From Mytilus californianus (Eukaryota), in NCBI RefSeq assembly GCF_021869535.1, contig NW_026262593.1:15624001-15688000 (forward strand): a stretch of 64,000 nt of DNA, given 5' to 3'. Shown here in pieces: positions 1-13,624 of this stretch. The translations under genes and the position numbers were made by a program. Position 1 is the stretch's first letter, and each line of letters opens with the position of its first letter. Below the pieces are notes generated by a model, which was not told the origin of the DNA, did not search any database, and saw nothing but the letters and a program-made list of their open reading frames with translations.

Positions 1-45
1 TCGACAATGGAAAGTGTATCTCAAATCTGAAGATTTCCGAGTATA

Positions 46-405
46 GGTGTAATATCAGAAAAATCATAGTACGTCACATCCGGTGTTATACGAAAATAAT
101 TATATATAATGGGAGTTTCAAATCACCATTCTCTTTTTATTTGATGATTCTGAAAATTATTTTGGAAACTTGAGGTTACATGGTTACTAAAGCTTGTAAA
201 TAGGAAAAAGGGGTGAAAATTTGATTGGTTAACTTCCAGTTATGCATAAATAATATGTGAAATTTTGTCTGTTGTACTGGACATGATAAAACTTTGCTCA
301 TGCCAAATATTTCGTTATTTAAAACAAAGATAAAATCTCCACAATTTTTTGAAAAGTGAAAATTTAACAATGACTAATTGGAAAAAAACAATGATGCATT
401 ACTCC
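46..405. mobile_element. 360-bp MITE, GG..CC ends, TATA TSD
   Basis: TATA at 42-45 and 406-409; imperfect TIR ggtgtaat / attactcc; empty site ccaagtatacaaaag in copy A near 45870. Confidence 0.7.
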
Positions 406-835
406 TATACAAAAGATTCATCCGACAGTGGATGGGAAGTGAAAGCAGAAGCATAGAATTATCCAATATATTTCTTTAATTCGTGCAAATAGAATCATTT
501 AGCTTAAGCTTGGATTTGTAGGAAAAAAACATGTTCAATAAATTAAAAGTGCTCAAGTAACAATTGAGATTTAAAATCAGAATTTAATTCGAATAGAGCA
601 GATACGACAATAATTATTAAAAATTAAGAAAAATATAGTTAAAACTGTTGTATACAGATTCGGAAAAAAGTAAGAAGTAATTACAGGAAGAATTTTTTCA
701 AATTTTTAATTCAAGAATTTTTTAAAGCCGTCAACGTTACTACCTAACTTTTACATTTCTTATTGTTCCAGCTAGTTCTGTAACGTCAGAAAATCTTCAA
801 ACATTTTGAAGCTTTCTAATATATTTCAAAATTAA

Positions 836-2260
836 TGGCAGATTGTAAGACTGATGTTGATGTTGACGATATGGAAGACATTCTAGTTGGATGACTAACT
901 AACATTGATCGTCGGTTAAGACAGGATGAATAAAATAGACAGTGTAAAGTGTATATCAAAAATAAGCGAGTTTATAGCATAGTAAAGTATCAAGCGTTGA
1001 CAAGGAATTGATGCTGTGAAAAAAAGAACTGATATCAGAAAAAGACGTTAAAGAAGTTAAGTTAGAATTCACTAAGGAAAGGCCAGATATTAAAGAGATT
1101 AAAGATACCTCCGACCCAGCCGTGAGAAACTTCAAGACCTGCAATGCAGATCAATGAAAAACAATTTAGTCTTTAGTGGAATTGAGGAAAAAACGGATGA
1201 CAATACAAAACTTGGCATTCAGAACTTCATTCCAAAAGACCTACAGGAAGATTTCAAAAGAAATACAGTTTGAAATTATTCATAGGTTTTGGCAGAGTAG
1301 ACAATAATGAAGGTTAAACAATGCCTATTGTTGTAAGATAAAAGAAAAACATCTTTATGGAATTTAAATTACAATTCCCATTCGAAATCGTAGAAAATTA
1401 TATCCTGTCAGGAAATAAAGCCAAAAAATGGAGAAAAAAAACAAATTTTGTACGCGATAAATTGATAATCGACGGCAAGCTATAGAAATCAAAAACATCT
1501 TCTACAAACAGAACTGCGGAATTAAAATCCTCATCAAATGACACTAAAGGTAGGCATAACAAAATGTTTTTGAAATACTCGGCCAACTGCTGTGGTCGAG
1601 AAATTTGTCATAATAGCAAAGAAAAGTGCAATATAAATTTAAGATGAAAAAAAATAGATCTGGTTTCTTCGTCATAGGAATTCACAGAAGGAAAAAAAAC
1701 TAATTTTAAATGTTTGATTCATTAAGAGTGTAAGTTAAATGGAACATATGGAATAGGAAACTTTTTAATCTTAAATGTATGTGGAATTTTATATAAAATA
1801 GCCAAATATAATATTATATGTTTTATAAGGAAGAGTTATCAAGATTATTACGGCATATTGAAAACGCAAGTAATTTGGTTATGTGGATTGAAATTCCATC
1901 TCAATACACGAAATTAGACGACGATGCCATACTTAGTTCGGTTTATGTTTCGCCTGGAATTACAAAATACAGTTACTCTGATAATTTTCAAGAAATCAAA
2001 GAGATATATAAAAACATCCCTTTGAAAATAAATGCATGTGTTTGGCTTGGGATATTAACAGCAGAACATCGAAAGACTTAAACTATATAATAGCAGAAGA
2101 AAATAATCTTGACGATATACTTATTGAATTATGCCTCATTTAGAAAATGATCTGCACACACTTGACAATCTTAATTGTCATAGAGCTAGGATCAATATGG
2201 ATAAAACAAAAAAATAATTATGGTAATTATGGTTAATTACTTTTAGACATACATATTTAG
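836..2260 (+). mobile_element. Degraded CR1/L2-type LINE 5' part (ORF1 + APE endonuclease)
   Basis: DLQCRSMKNNLVFSGIEE and VRDKLIIDGK (ORF1-like); WIEIP..ILSSVYVSP (APE-like); many stops and frameshifts. Confidence 0.75.
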
Positions 2261-2306
2261 ATACACCATTATGTACATTGGGAATTTCTGGTATGATTAC
2301 AACATC

Positions 2307-2338
2307 GCGCCAGATACGCATTTCGACAATAAATGTCT
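2307..2338 (-). ncRNA. 3' half of a minimal type I hammerhead motif, cut by the gap
   Basis: Minus strand reads agac-atttatt-gtc-GAAA-tgcgt-atc-tggcgc; the CTGANGA half would fall in the Ns. Confidence 0.45.
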
Positions 2339-2508
2339 NNNNNNNNNNNNNNNNNNNNNNNNNNNNNNNNNNNNNNNNNNNNNNNNNNNNNNNNNNNNNN
2401 NNNNNNNNNNNNNNNNNNNNNNNNNNNNNNNNNNNNNNNNNNNNNNNNNNNNNNNNNNNNNNNNNNNNNNNNNNNNNNNNNNNNNNNNNNNNNNNNNNNN
2501 NNNNNNNN
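2339..2508. other. Assembly gap (170 N)
   Basis: Run of N; ORFs spanning it are artefacts. Confidence 1.
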
Positions 2509-2710
2509 GTACTAGACCGACACGCTGAGACGGGTTTAAATGTGCTAATTACAAAGACAAAGTCCCCAAGAAAACATGTCATCCTAGCTGGACCCAATAT
2601 TCTGTCTCAAAGCCGAACAGATTTTGCTGAACAAAGCCGAACAGATATCGTATTGTTCAACAGTTTTATCTATATTGATCATAGCTCTATGACAAGTATT
2701 AGCTTGTCGT

Positions 2711-3086
2711 AATGTTCTATCGTATTGCTTATTTGTGTGTTTCTCTGTCCTGTATGTTCTTCCATTTATTTGTATTGTAGTCCTGTCATGTAATGTTGCC
2801 ATTTTAGTGTTATATTTAACATTGCCATTAAAGCGAGAGGTTTGCTAGCCTCAAAACCAGGTTCAACCCACCATTTTTTCTTAAAATGTCCTGTACATGT
2901 CAGGAAAATGGCTATTGTTATCTTATAGTTCGTTTCTGTGTGTGTTGTATTTTAGTGTTTCTGTTCTGTAGTTGCTCTCCTCTTATAGTTGATGTGTTTT
3001 CCTCAGTTTTAGTTTGTAACGCGGATTTGTTTTTTCTCAATCGATTTATGAATTTCGAACAGCGGTATACTACTGTTGCCTTTATT
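2711..3086. repeat. Dispersed repeat ending cagcggtatactactgttgcctttatt (second, inverted fragment at 7693-7853)
   Basis: Two copies in the window; absent from the paralogous SINE at 49540. Confidence 0.7.
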
Positions 3087-3119
3087 TGCTCTTACTCCTT
3101 ATCAACGCTGTGTGCTTAA

Positions 3120-3710
3120 GGGTATACGATACAGTTACATGGGAGGTAATGACGTCGCTTACGTTAAATGTTATTTTTCGCGACGTCCAACTGTGATGTA
3201 TCAAGAAAAGATGCATTTTTAGACTGATTTAACTTTAAACGAGTTCAATGACCCCTCTTTTTAAAAATGAAATTTTGCTTGATTATATTTGAAGATTATG
3301 TGTGCCACTTTTTAGGAACAAATCACCGATTAAATTTTTTTGAATTAGAAAAATATACAACCATTGATGCCGTTTTTTTTTGGGGGGGGGTAGAATCATG
3401 AAAATTTAATAAAAATAAATTATTTCCAAAAAAATGTTTCACATATCCAAAAGCACACTTATAAAGAGAATGTGTTCCAGATGTTTTGACAAAAACCCGC
3501 TTGCATTTATCTTTTGAAACAAAAAGTTAAATATGTCTTTCCAATTGACAGAAATGTCTAAGAAGCCGAAATGTCAAGTAAATGCCCAAAATTTTGACCC
3601 CATTTATCTCTTTATTTTTATTACATCTTTGAATTGATTAGGTGAAAAATAGCTTTTATGCAAACATTCGTCAAAAGTTCACCGTGGGATCAAAACTGTA
3701 TCGTATGCCC
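3120..3710. mobile_element. Kolobok-like non-autonomous TIR element, 591 bp
   Basis: 17-bp TIR GGGYATACGATACAGTT; TTAA TSD at 3116-3119 and 3711-3714; RR..YY termini; empty site in the paralog near 49680. Confidence 0.85.
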
Positions 3711-5994
3711 TTAACGGAAAATCACCAAATAATAATTCTAATATCATTGGTTTAACCCGGACGGGATCAAGCCCATGACCTCCCCGACTCAAGACGAACA
3801 CGCTACCACGAGTCCACCGAAGCGGTCAAACCTAGGCCTATATACAACCTTTGACGAAACTATTTAACCTTAAAGTATAAAAAAAAAGATAGCCAAACTC
3901 GCAAAACTAACTAGAGCTGCGCTATGCGTGAGGGAAATATAAATTTATTTGTTTATATATGTTGTCAAATTTCAAAAATAATGGCATGGTCACAACATTT
4001 GACAAGCCCCTGCCTTTTATCTTTCCACGGGAAAGAAGTATGGTGTTAATCAATAACAACCAAAAAGAATAGTAGTTATTCTGATGTATGCAGTTTGTGG
4101 ATTTTCATATGGCAGTGACGACGGTATAGATACGTGCATGTCATGTACATCAAACGTGAAAATGCTTTGTTTCAGTCTGACCATGAAACGGTGGCCAATT
4201 AGAACGATTACAGGGCGATACAATTGTACTAAAAGAAATATATAATTTCAATTTAGGAGTATAACCATAAAGCTGATGCATTGAAATTTAAAAATAATAA
4301 CAAAACTACTTAATAATTCATTATTATCTGTATAATTAAAACACTCCAGATATTTGTATTGTACCCTTTGTTTTCTATTCCCCTGTTATTTGCCATGGTT
4401 TCTATTATCCGATAAATTAATTGAAAATTGAATGTTGTGTAATTGATTTCAATGAATCACCTGTAAATCAATTATGTTTTTATTATTTCAGTGTTCAGTA
4501 TTTCAAATCGGTCATAATGTCTTACAACAATAGTTGGCTGCTTTGTCACCAGGTGCAAACTAAAATGTGTACAAAGTAACGTTCAAAATGTTTACCCTTA
4601 TCAACAAGATCCGTTTATTCAAACCAAAGAAATCGTAAAAAAAATCCACATATTTTTTTATCGCTTCTGCTTCAAAATTTTGATACGAGGAAAGAGGTCG
4701 CCATGAACTTTTCGACCCTCCTTCCTGTTGATAAGGGAATGGGCGATATTTCTGTACCATCGTTGAAATATTCATTACATATCAGTCTTTGACTTGCTAT
4801 GGTCTTCTTCTACAATATGGCCACATAGATCATAACTACACCTCGGATTACCATAGTCTCAAGAACTACCATTGATGCTTTTTAATATCAATGTCGCCAG
4901 AAATAGATTTCATACCACATCTTCTTATATCTAATTAGTACATTAAAATTCACTATTATATCTAATCAAATGTTGATATACTAATTATTTATACTTTGAT
5001 GTATATGGAAGCGATACAGATATTCCTTAGTACGTATTTATATGGCACACACACACACAGTTTCTTCCACGACTGGACACCACGTCTCGGCTAAGTACAT
5101 CTTTTCAAATAAACTAGCTATAGACATGCAGTTTTTCGAGTAACGTCGTTTGGAAAAGAAAGTGATAGAGTTCTGCCATGGACAGTAGACAAAATAGATT
5201 TTTGTGTTTTGATTACCAAGCCCGAACATGTTTGTCATTTCGGGCATTTCGGATACCTGCGTGTATTTGTGTTAAAATAAGGGCAACAGATTCGTTCTAA
5301 ATATTATGCATTTCATAAACCTTTAAAGGTGTTATATTCCCACAACTCATCTTTTAAACACGTATTTAAAGTTCGGATATTACAGATTATTTAAGTGGAA
5401 ATGTATATCCGTTAAGGTAAAGCTAGTATTGCATTTTCCATTTTGTAAAATTGTTATAGTAAGGTAAAGGTGGTCTGAGGTAGAAAAAAAAACTGTATCA
5501 ACAAAAGGAAAACAATATCCGTCAAATAATAAGCACAAATACGGAAAGTGAAATACTTTTAAAATAAGGACAAAGAAAATTGAAAAACAGTCGTTCATAG
5601 TACGACAGAAACTAGAAATAAACAATAAAACATACATATAAACACAGGGTAAAATCAAGTTACTATAAGAAAACTCGAAATAAAACCACAGATGGGGACA
5701 CAAAATCTGAAAACACATATTACTGTGAAGAAAAACAAATATTAAGAGCAATCAGGGAAGCTATCTCATGAACTCAAACTCTAAAATTGAAAACAATTAC
5801 CAATTTGCACACCAAGCACGGGAGGTTGTTTCCACACAGTACAAGGGGCAAGCTTCGTGAAAATCACAGGAAAAGCGTCCATTGAGCGAAAGCAACATAT
5901 ACAACTGCGAAATATTAAATCAAAATTAATTTTAATTCTTGTTAATATAATTCACAATCAAACAATTTGATAAGCGATATATTTAAGTTCTCAC

Positions 5995-6013
5995 CTGTCT
6001 GTATTAGCTGCAT
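5995..6013 (-). CDS. Exon 1 of tandem paralog C (rest of gene off the left edge)
   Basis: Identical 19-nt coding sequence and GTGAGA donor to gene A exon 1, inside a block homologous to gene A intron 1 and promoter. Confidence 0.55.
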
Positions 6014-6304
6014 TCTCAGATAAATGATTAATTAAATGCTACGAAATCATTCTATTTAAATACATGTTTAATTATATTCGTTAATTAAATAATTCATGAA
6101 GGATCAGTTACAATTTTTCGAAGATTTTTTTCAAAACTAATTCATCTTATGTTTCTACGCCCAACATCTGTCATTTTGTTTTGAAATGTCAAGTAAAATT
6201 ATTCCGGTGGACTTTGGAGCAAAGCAAATTTGCATGTTATGTGATAACGAGAAAAAGCTTTCAGTTATAAGACATCCTTACGCACTTGTTTAGCTTAAAA
6301 CTAC

Positions 6305-6615
6305 AACGGTTGTTTCGTGGTAACGTGGTCACCTAAAGTGCAGAGGACGTGGCTTCGATTTCCGATCAGAACAAATCAAAGAATTGAAAATTGGTATTTA
6401 CTCCTTCCCCGCTAAGCACACGGCATTATTAAGAAAATTTGTGCTTGGAATACGACATAATCTTCCAGCGGACTGTATAAACATTGTGAGCAACCACGTT
6501 TATAATCCATCTCAAATTGATGGTCTAGTACAAACCAATGTTCATAATTATATCAAATTAGTGTGTTGTCATCGCGACATGGATGTACTATTTGAAACTT
6601 GACGTTAAACACCAA
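6305..6615 (+). mobile_element. Degraded tRNA-head SINE
   Basis: Head remnant, body aaaattggtattt..ccgctaagcac, tail gacgttaaacacc. Confidence 0.65.
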
Positions 6616-7174
6616 TCCGTTTATGTATTTAATATCAACGTAAGTCAGTAATGCGTTTAAAATTTAAAGACTATCACTTGAATGGATATTTATATGCACG
6701 TCTACTTCACATCGATCAAAAGTACGAAAAAAACCTTTACTAGCACTGTATAAACAATAATCAGTTTTGATCGGTACATTATCCTTAGTCTTTTCCCTCG
6801 TGCAATAGTATAGAGACATCTGACCTCTCTTCCCTTTATACTATTCTAGTATTCTACATTCTTATCTTAAAGACAGTTTCATAAAAAAGGAATGGTCAAC
6901 GAAGATTCACATATTTTGTATAAGGAATATCAATTTTGTTCTGTACATATTCTAAGTATTTTTCCTCGTGCATTGGTATGTATACATAATACCCTCTACA
7001 CAGTTATTGCTCATTCTAAACTAAAATGCAGATTTAAATGATAAGTGCAACTTTGTTTCCTTACAATAATGGCTAACGTAGAAACAAGTATTTTGTTTTA
7101 GGAAGAGAATAATCATTCTAAGCATAAAAAAAACACAAAAAAACAAAGAATTCTCTGTTCTTGTTGTTTTCATT

Positions 7175-7310
7175 TACAACACATTGTTACGTCAGTATAA
7201 TGTGTCTTCAACAGACACTCTGCATTCCTATGGAAACGAATTTTGCTCCTCAGCTTGCCAGCTTGTTCCCTTATTGATATGAAGCAGACCTCACATACAG
7301 AATCTTTACT
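7175..7310 (+). mobile_element. PLE reverse transcriptase fragment
   Basis: Degenerate match to the QQT.GIPMGTNCAPLLADLFLY.YE motif region. Confidence 0.55.
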
Positions 7311-8325
7311 TTATCATTATTCTTTAAAGTCAAATGAAACGAGTTGTTTTTAATTATGATGTTATATTATTGAACCAATGCATGAATATTTATCAAACTA
7401 AGTCCTGTACGCATGTTTTTTACATTTAATATTCATGTTATTGTATAAGCCTTATTTGATATTGAACACTATAGTTTATATATGTATTTTAATGGTCAAT
7501 TATAATTCTGTATAGAATAGCTCTCATTCTATGTAATTATTGTTTTACAATTATAAAAATCGAATGTACTTGTTGAGAGATTAGACTTTAATAAAACATT
7601 GAATAATAAAACTTTAAAGTATTTACTAAAATAATGGTGTTGGAATTCATATATTTTTGAATATAAAATGATGTAATATGAAACAAAACCATATAAAGGC
7701 AACAGTAGTATACCGCTGTTCGAAACTCATAAATCGATAGAGATAACAACAAATCAGGGTTACAAACTAAAACTGAGGGAAACGCATCAAATATAAGAGG
7801 AGAACAACGACACAACAAAAACACAACATCAAAATGTAACACACACAAAAACGCAAATATAAAATGTACAAAGTATGTAACTTTAAGTTCATATTCATCC
7901 GCCCAGTTGCTAGTGCTTCTCTATTGGCATGCTTTCATTTACTAGTACGACTGCCTCGGGATTTATGTGATAGCCTGTAATTTGTCTATTCTGTCTATTT
8001 TATATTGATAGTAAAATTATGTTTTCTAATTACCGATTTCATTCTGTTATTACACACTTTTAATACATATTGTTCCCCTTATAAATGTAGACGGGTTCTA
8101 TACCTGACCAGATGGGCTGCTGTCCAAGAAAAGAATGATAACTTGAAAGCGATATATAGGCATTTTAACCAATTTGAACATTGTGACACATACATTCTAT
8201 GACGGTCAGCCAAATTATTATTGTTTCTGTAATAATTTCAAAAGGGATGACTTACATTTTACCCTTGGTTAGAAAAAGGAAACGGAAACTATGGAATTTC
8301 GTACCAACTTGTAGATTTATACTTT

Positions 8326-9385
8326 ACTAGAACACACCCGCGAAATCGTGGGCATTTAGAGTGTGGTTGAAAGTATGTAAACTGTTGTAGGATGAATTTT
8401 TGTAAAAAGATTTTATGACTGTAGAATTTCAGGAGAGGTATCAAAAGTTGTAAGTACTTGGTGAAAGGACAATTTTTTTTAGCCCTCCCCCTTTTCTTCA
8501 AAGTCCGTTATTTTCTGTTTTCTGTTTTTCTGTATACTATGAACATACATATACTATAAAAAAAAAAAGTGTATTTGCTATCAATTCCAAGTTGTTATAC
8601 TATCCTATGCGATATAGGTCCGTGTATATTGGCGTCCATTCGTTTTTCATTTTGAAATATCAAAAAAAAAAAAAAAAAAACGAGAATGTTTTCATTTTTC
8701 GTTTTTGATTTCTCAAAAACCAAAACGAAAAACAAAAGTGTTTTCGTTTTTCGTTTTGATTTCTCTAAAACCAAAACGGAAAACGAAAGTGTTTTCATTT
8801 TTGTTTTTGATTTCTTTAAAATCAAAATGAAAATAAAAAGTGTTTCCGTTTTTCGTTTTTGATTTCACTAAAGATGAATTTTGAATGTTATTTTAATTAT
8901 TCTCGTTTTATAATGTACAATGTTTTCCTTTCTTGTTTCACAGTCATTGATAGTAAATATTGCCAATGTAAACACCCCGGTGTTTTTTCAACATAATGTA
9001 GACAAAATAGACCGCCTGACTTACGAATTGAACTACGGTGATAAATGAATAAAAGCCTTTCAAATTACCTTGTTTATATCTTTACTAAAAAAAAAATATT
9101 ATATTTAAATATTAAACGAATCATAAATTTAAATTTTACAATATAATATTATGTAAGTATGGTACAAACAGATAGATTGATTACAACATCACATTAACAA
9201 GGGAGGTTACTACCTTTAAAATTAAAAACTAGCCCAGTCGTTAAAGTATACATGCAGGGCGGTTATCAGATCTATAGTATTTAAATTGAAGTTAATGTCG
9301 ACGGATGCAAAAGTCTTTATCAATCTGAACAATAAGGGTGCGTGATCATTACTTTTAAGTTTAGAAAGGTTGATCTAAGATGATA
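8326..9385 (+). repeat. About 1.1-kb non-autonomous element with internal ~50-bp T/A-skewed subrepeats; inverted copy at 16165-17110
   Basis: Starts actagaacacacccg; inner ~760 bp is about 92% identical by eye to the reverse complement of 16165-16943. Confidence 0.8.
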
Positions 9386-9929
9386 AGACAGGGCCGTAAC
9401 TAGCCTCTATTACAAGCGAAGCAAAATATATTTTGGGCGATGGGCTAGGGCTCAAGGCCCCAAAAAGATCTGGAAAAAATGTCGCAAAATCGTACATTCT
9501 GAACGTTTCTTTCGGACCCTTTCTTAATCTAAAACACAAGTTTTGTTTTATCTACTTTTTCGACAATATATCAAAATATATAGATTCAGTGTAAGACTTT
9601 TAGTATTTAAGGACAACATCAAAAGACATATGTAGGATAAAGCAAAACATTGTAATCCACATAGTCAGGTGTGTGGCTGTTGTTTTAGGGTATGAATGGT
9701 TCGTTGCCTCGTTCAAGACCCTCCGGCTACTTTCAAGATGAAGAACAGGAATAAAAGCCCTGTTCATTCATAACTTTCATTTTTTCTATGTATTGTGTGC
9801 GATGTTGTCCCATGCACATTTACTCCACATCTCTTTATTTTCTATTTTAGGGCCTAAACAAGGCGCTCAATGCACGTTTAGCCCTTTTTTGTTAAATTTT
9901 AAGGTCATATGTTACACTATTGTTTCGGG

Positions 9930-10265
9930 TAAGGGTGAATTTGGTACCTATTAAAACGTTTAAATCCGCTACATTTGTTTGCACCTGTCCTAAGTCATGA
10001 ACCTGATGTTCAGTAGTTGTCGTTTGTTGATGTGGTTCATAGGTGTTCTCGTTTTTCGTTTAGTATATAGATTAGACCGTTGGTTTTCCCGTTTGAATGG
10101 TTTTGCACTGGTCATTTTGGAGCCCTTTGTAGTTTGCTGTTCGGTGTGAGCCAAAACTCCGTGTTGAAGACCGTACTTTGACCTTTAATGGTTTTTCTTT
10201 TACAAATTATGACTTGGATGGAAAGTTGTCTCGTTGGCACTCATACCACATCTTCTTATATCTAT
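9930..10265 (+). repeat. PLE 3'-tail family copy
   Basis: cctgtcctaagtca.. core and ..cataccacatcttcttata terminus. Confidence 0.7.
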
Positions 10266-10847
10266 ATATGGTCTTTTTAAATAAATTGATGTCGGGAGAT
10301 TGGGATTTCTAGCTTTAGTTTAACCCATGACAGCTTTTTATTTGTATTTACAGAAAAGAGAGCCAGTTTTGTATTCTTTAATATACTGTAACAGTTTAAT
10401 TTTTCATGAAAAAAGGACAGTTTTTGCTATGTCCGGAAGCATCGTATCATATCTAGACATCGGTAGGCATATAAAATTGCAAAACCACACATGACCGTTC
10501 ATTAGTCTTCGTAGATCTATTCCAAGTCTTAATAAGTCTACAGAAAAATCTACAGAAAAAGGGACAGTTGTCTACACAAAGCAGAAAATGAACTTTTACA
10601 ACAAGGAATATTACACAACTGAAGCCATAGTCATAAAGATCGATTGACTGATTGGTGTTCTTTTAACGTCGCCGCAGAACAAAAAAATATTATCTGATAT
10701 TCATTCTCAACATCTTCAATCTCTATTGTTCCCAAGGAAGCAACCATTTGATTCTCTGGGGTGGGGCAGGGATTTGTACCCGAAGTTAATACTTTTTTTT
10801 AATCCAGACCATAAAACATGCCTTTATCCACGGCCACTCATAAACAC

Positions 10848-11345
10848 AACTAGATATCATTGAGATGGGAGCCATCTCTGTGGGCCCCGCTGTGAATAAT
10901 GTGCATTAAAAAATTTGTATGTTTATCATAGGACATGGGGTTGTCAACTGAAACCAAAGTTTTAGACTTTGACCTTTGACCTAGGAAGTTGTACATAAAT
11001 TATGACACATCCTCTGGTGTTGGATTATATACATGTCAAGTATAAACTTTGAAATCATAACGGTACTCAAGATATAGAGCGGACACGATCTTTACCATAG
11101 TACATGGGGTTCTCAACTGAAACCAAAGTTTTTGACCTTGACCTTTGACCTAGGAATTTGTACATACATTATGACACACCCTCTGGTGTTGGTTAATATA
11201 CATGTCAAGTATAAACTTTGAAATCGTAACGGTTCTCTTGATATAGAGTGGACACAATTTGTTACGGACGGACGAACAGACAGACGGACGGACGGACAGA
11301 CAGACTGATCACTATAAGGCGCCGCCATTCGGTGGGGCCCTAATA
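10848..11345 (+). mobile_element. HINE / pearl-CvA-like Helentron-associated element with two 169-bp core units
   Basis: AACTAGA start, subterminal gggccccgc/gtggggccc, tandem units at 10933 and 11102, GACG/GACA microsatellite, GC-rich 3' end. Confidence 0.8.
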
Positions 11346-11819
11346 ATATTTTCAACATTTATTAAAAACATTTTTTTTTACACTTTTATATTTTTTGTTG
11401 TCTTAAAATATTAATTTGACTTGAATTTATACGAGTTTACTAAATATACATGTTTATACCAAGCCAAGTCAGTTTATATCTTGTTTCTCGCCTGACTTTA
11501 CAAAAGCCCAGGAAAGCTTATGCCATTATTTGTCGTCTTTGATAGATAAGGTTGACTTATAAGCTGTCTATACAAAGTAATGGGACAATGGCATGAAGAC
11601 ATCACCAAATCACCATATGCAATACACAAAAAGACACCTAGAGCTCCCAATATGGTCTTCAACTACCCATCAACAGGCAGTAAGCTCTGGTTGACTCTAA
11701 ACACAAATCCAAGGGTACAGCAAAATGTGAAAATATCGAATTAAAGCTTGGTGACCTGGGAGGAAAACATTGGAACTTTCCTAAGAAATACAAATTTCAA
11801 CCCCCTCAACATTTTTTAA

Positions 11820-12500
11820 TAAGGAGATGTGGTATGATTGCCAATGTGACAACTATCCCCAAAGTTCAAATGCAGTGGATGTAAGCAGTTATATATACAA
11901 TGTAGGCAACCGTACCACCTTCAACAATGAGAAAAAACCATAAGTATAGACAGGTATATCAGGCCCTCACATGAAAAATATGAAAGAGTTCAATTGATAA
12001 AAATAACGGCCTAATTTATAACACAATAAAACAAAAAACAAATTTGACAGACATCAACAAACGACAACGACTGAACTACAGGCTCCTAACTTAGGACAGG
12101 CATATACAGTATGTGGCGGGGTTAAACATGTTTGTGAGCGCTCAACCCTCCCCTTAACCTGAGACAGTTTTGTTACAGCACAACATAAGAACAAATAATA
12201 AAAATCAGTTGAAAGGGCTTAACATATCAGATCGATAAAAACAGGAAAAAAAAACATCTAACAAAAGAGCAAACCGGACGTGGCAGGGTATTTATACATC
12301 CTTAACAAACAAAAAAATGACACAAAGTACAGATCTGAAAGTAATCGCAGTAATGACAGCTAGTTTAAAGCCAATAACAATTAATACAAAAATCATGTAT
12401 CTAAGACTAAAATATCAATCAGTACACATCCAACATCCAATGGACTTTGTGTAAAGACGTTATAAACAGTCAGAGAAAGACATGACCTTGTGCAATTGTC
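11820..12500 (-). repeat. PLE 3'-tail family copy
   Basis: Reverse complement of the 35200-35890 and 23600-24300 type sequence. Confidence 0.8.
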
Positions 12501-12872
12501 CAAATCATAGGTTTCAGCAGATTGTAGTACATTGGTGTGTATAACAGTAATATGTAGTATGGTTTCAAGTTACTGATAACAAAATTAATATTAATACCAA
12601 TTAAAACAATATTCAAAGATCTATTTACAGTGTTCAATTGGTAACCTTTTAAAATAAGTTTATTTAAAGGATTGATAAGTTTACCCTGATCGTTTTTAAT
12701 TTACATGCATACAATTTCTATTTATATTATTATTGATAAATACAATATTGCAGAAGTAGTGGAAATAGATCTCAGGTGGGGGAAGTTGTTTTTGACTTCA
12801 GGGAACTTTATTTGGATATGCCTGTTATGGTCTCATTGAGATTTACTAGACCTTCATTCAATTTCAGTACTT

Positions 12873-13152
12873 TTTTTATGTCCCATTTATGGACATTATG
12901 TTTTTCGGTTTGTGCGTCCGTTCGTTCTTCCGTTCATCCGTCTGTTCCGCTTCAGGTTAATATTTTTGGTCAAGGTAGTTTTTGATGAAGTTGAAGTCCA
13001 ATCAACTTGAAACTCAGTACACATGTTACATATGATATGGTCTTTCTAATTTTAATGCCAAGTTAAAGTTCTGACCGCAAATTCACGGTCCGCTGGACCT
13101 AGAAAATGATAGTGCGAGTGGGGCATTCATGTACTATGGACACATTCTTGTT
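12873..13152 (-). mobile_element. HINE-like element, single core
   Basis: AACAAGA start on the minus strand, GTCC/GTTC microsatellite, T-rich end. Confidence 0.7.
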
Positions 13153-13624
13153 CAAATCCTTTATTAAAGAAGTTAGTAAATTTACTTCAGATAAATATAC
13201 GTAATTAGACGAACCAATCTAATTACAAGATATATCTCTGATTTCGTTATACTTATATGTATGAGCACGTTGATATATGTATGAATTTTAATAAGATTAC
13301 TGGACAAATGCGTTCAATCTTCGGATTTAATTCTTAACAATTTTTCAGAGCGGAGCGAGGCGAAAAACATTGACATCTTTCAAGCCAAATTTTATATGTT
13401 TGCTATACACACAAATTTATTTTTTAAACTTAGTAATTAATTAATCTAAAATACAGTCCTAGATAATCAAATAATCATGAAATATTTGGTCTAGTAATCA
13501 AATAATCACACACAAAAAAACAGCCAAGTAATCACATAATCAAAAACTCCATGAGGAGGCTCATTAAAGATGACATATTTTGGTATTAATAATGATTCAC
13601 TTATAGGGTTTTTTGCATATAACA

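Larger units (their letters stand above)
2510..3826 (-). mobile_element. tRNA-head SINE interrupted by two younger insertions
   Basis: Minus-strand head accgcttcggtggactcgtggtagcgtgttcg..gatcccgtccgggttaaacc; uninterrupted paralog at 49540-49797. Confidence 0.75.
1..6620 (+). repeat. Segmental duplication, copy C (colinear with about 45845-53040)
   Basis: Colinear shared blocks: tggatgggaagt..gaagcatagaa (430/45900), LINE relic, SINE, 3830-5770 vs 49800-51780, exon 1 and promoter. Roughly 75-85% identity by eye. Confidence 0.9.

Noticed and set aside
2178-2712. ORFs containing X runs
   Set aside because: Artefacts of the N gap.
3740-3826. tRNA genes (also 6305, 49730, 56215)
   Set aside because: No complete cloverleaf; each continues into a SINE body or tail.
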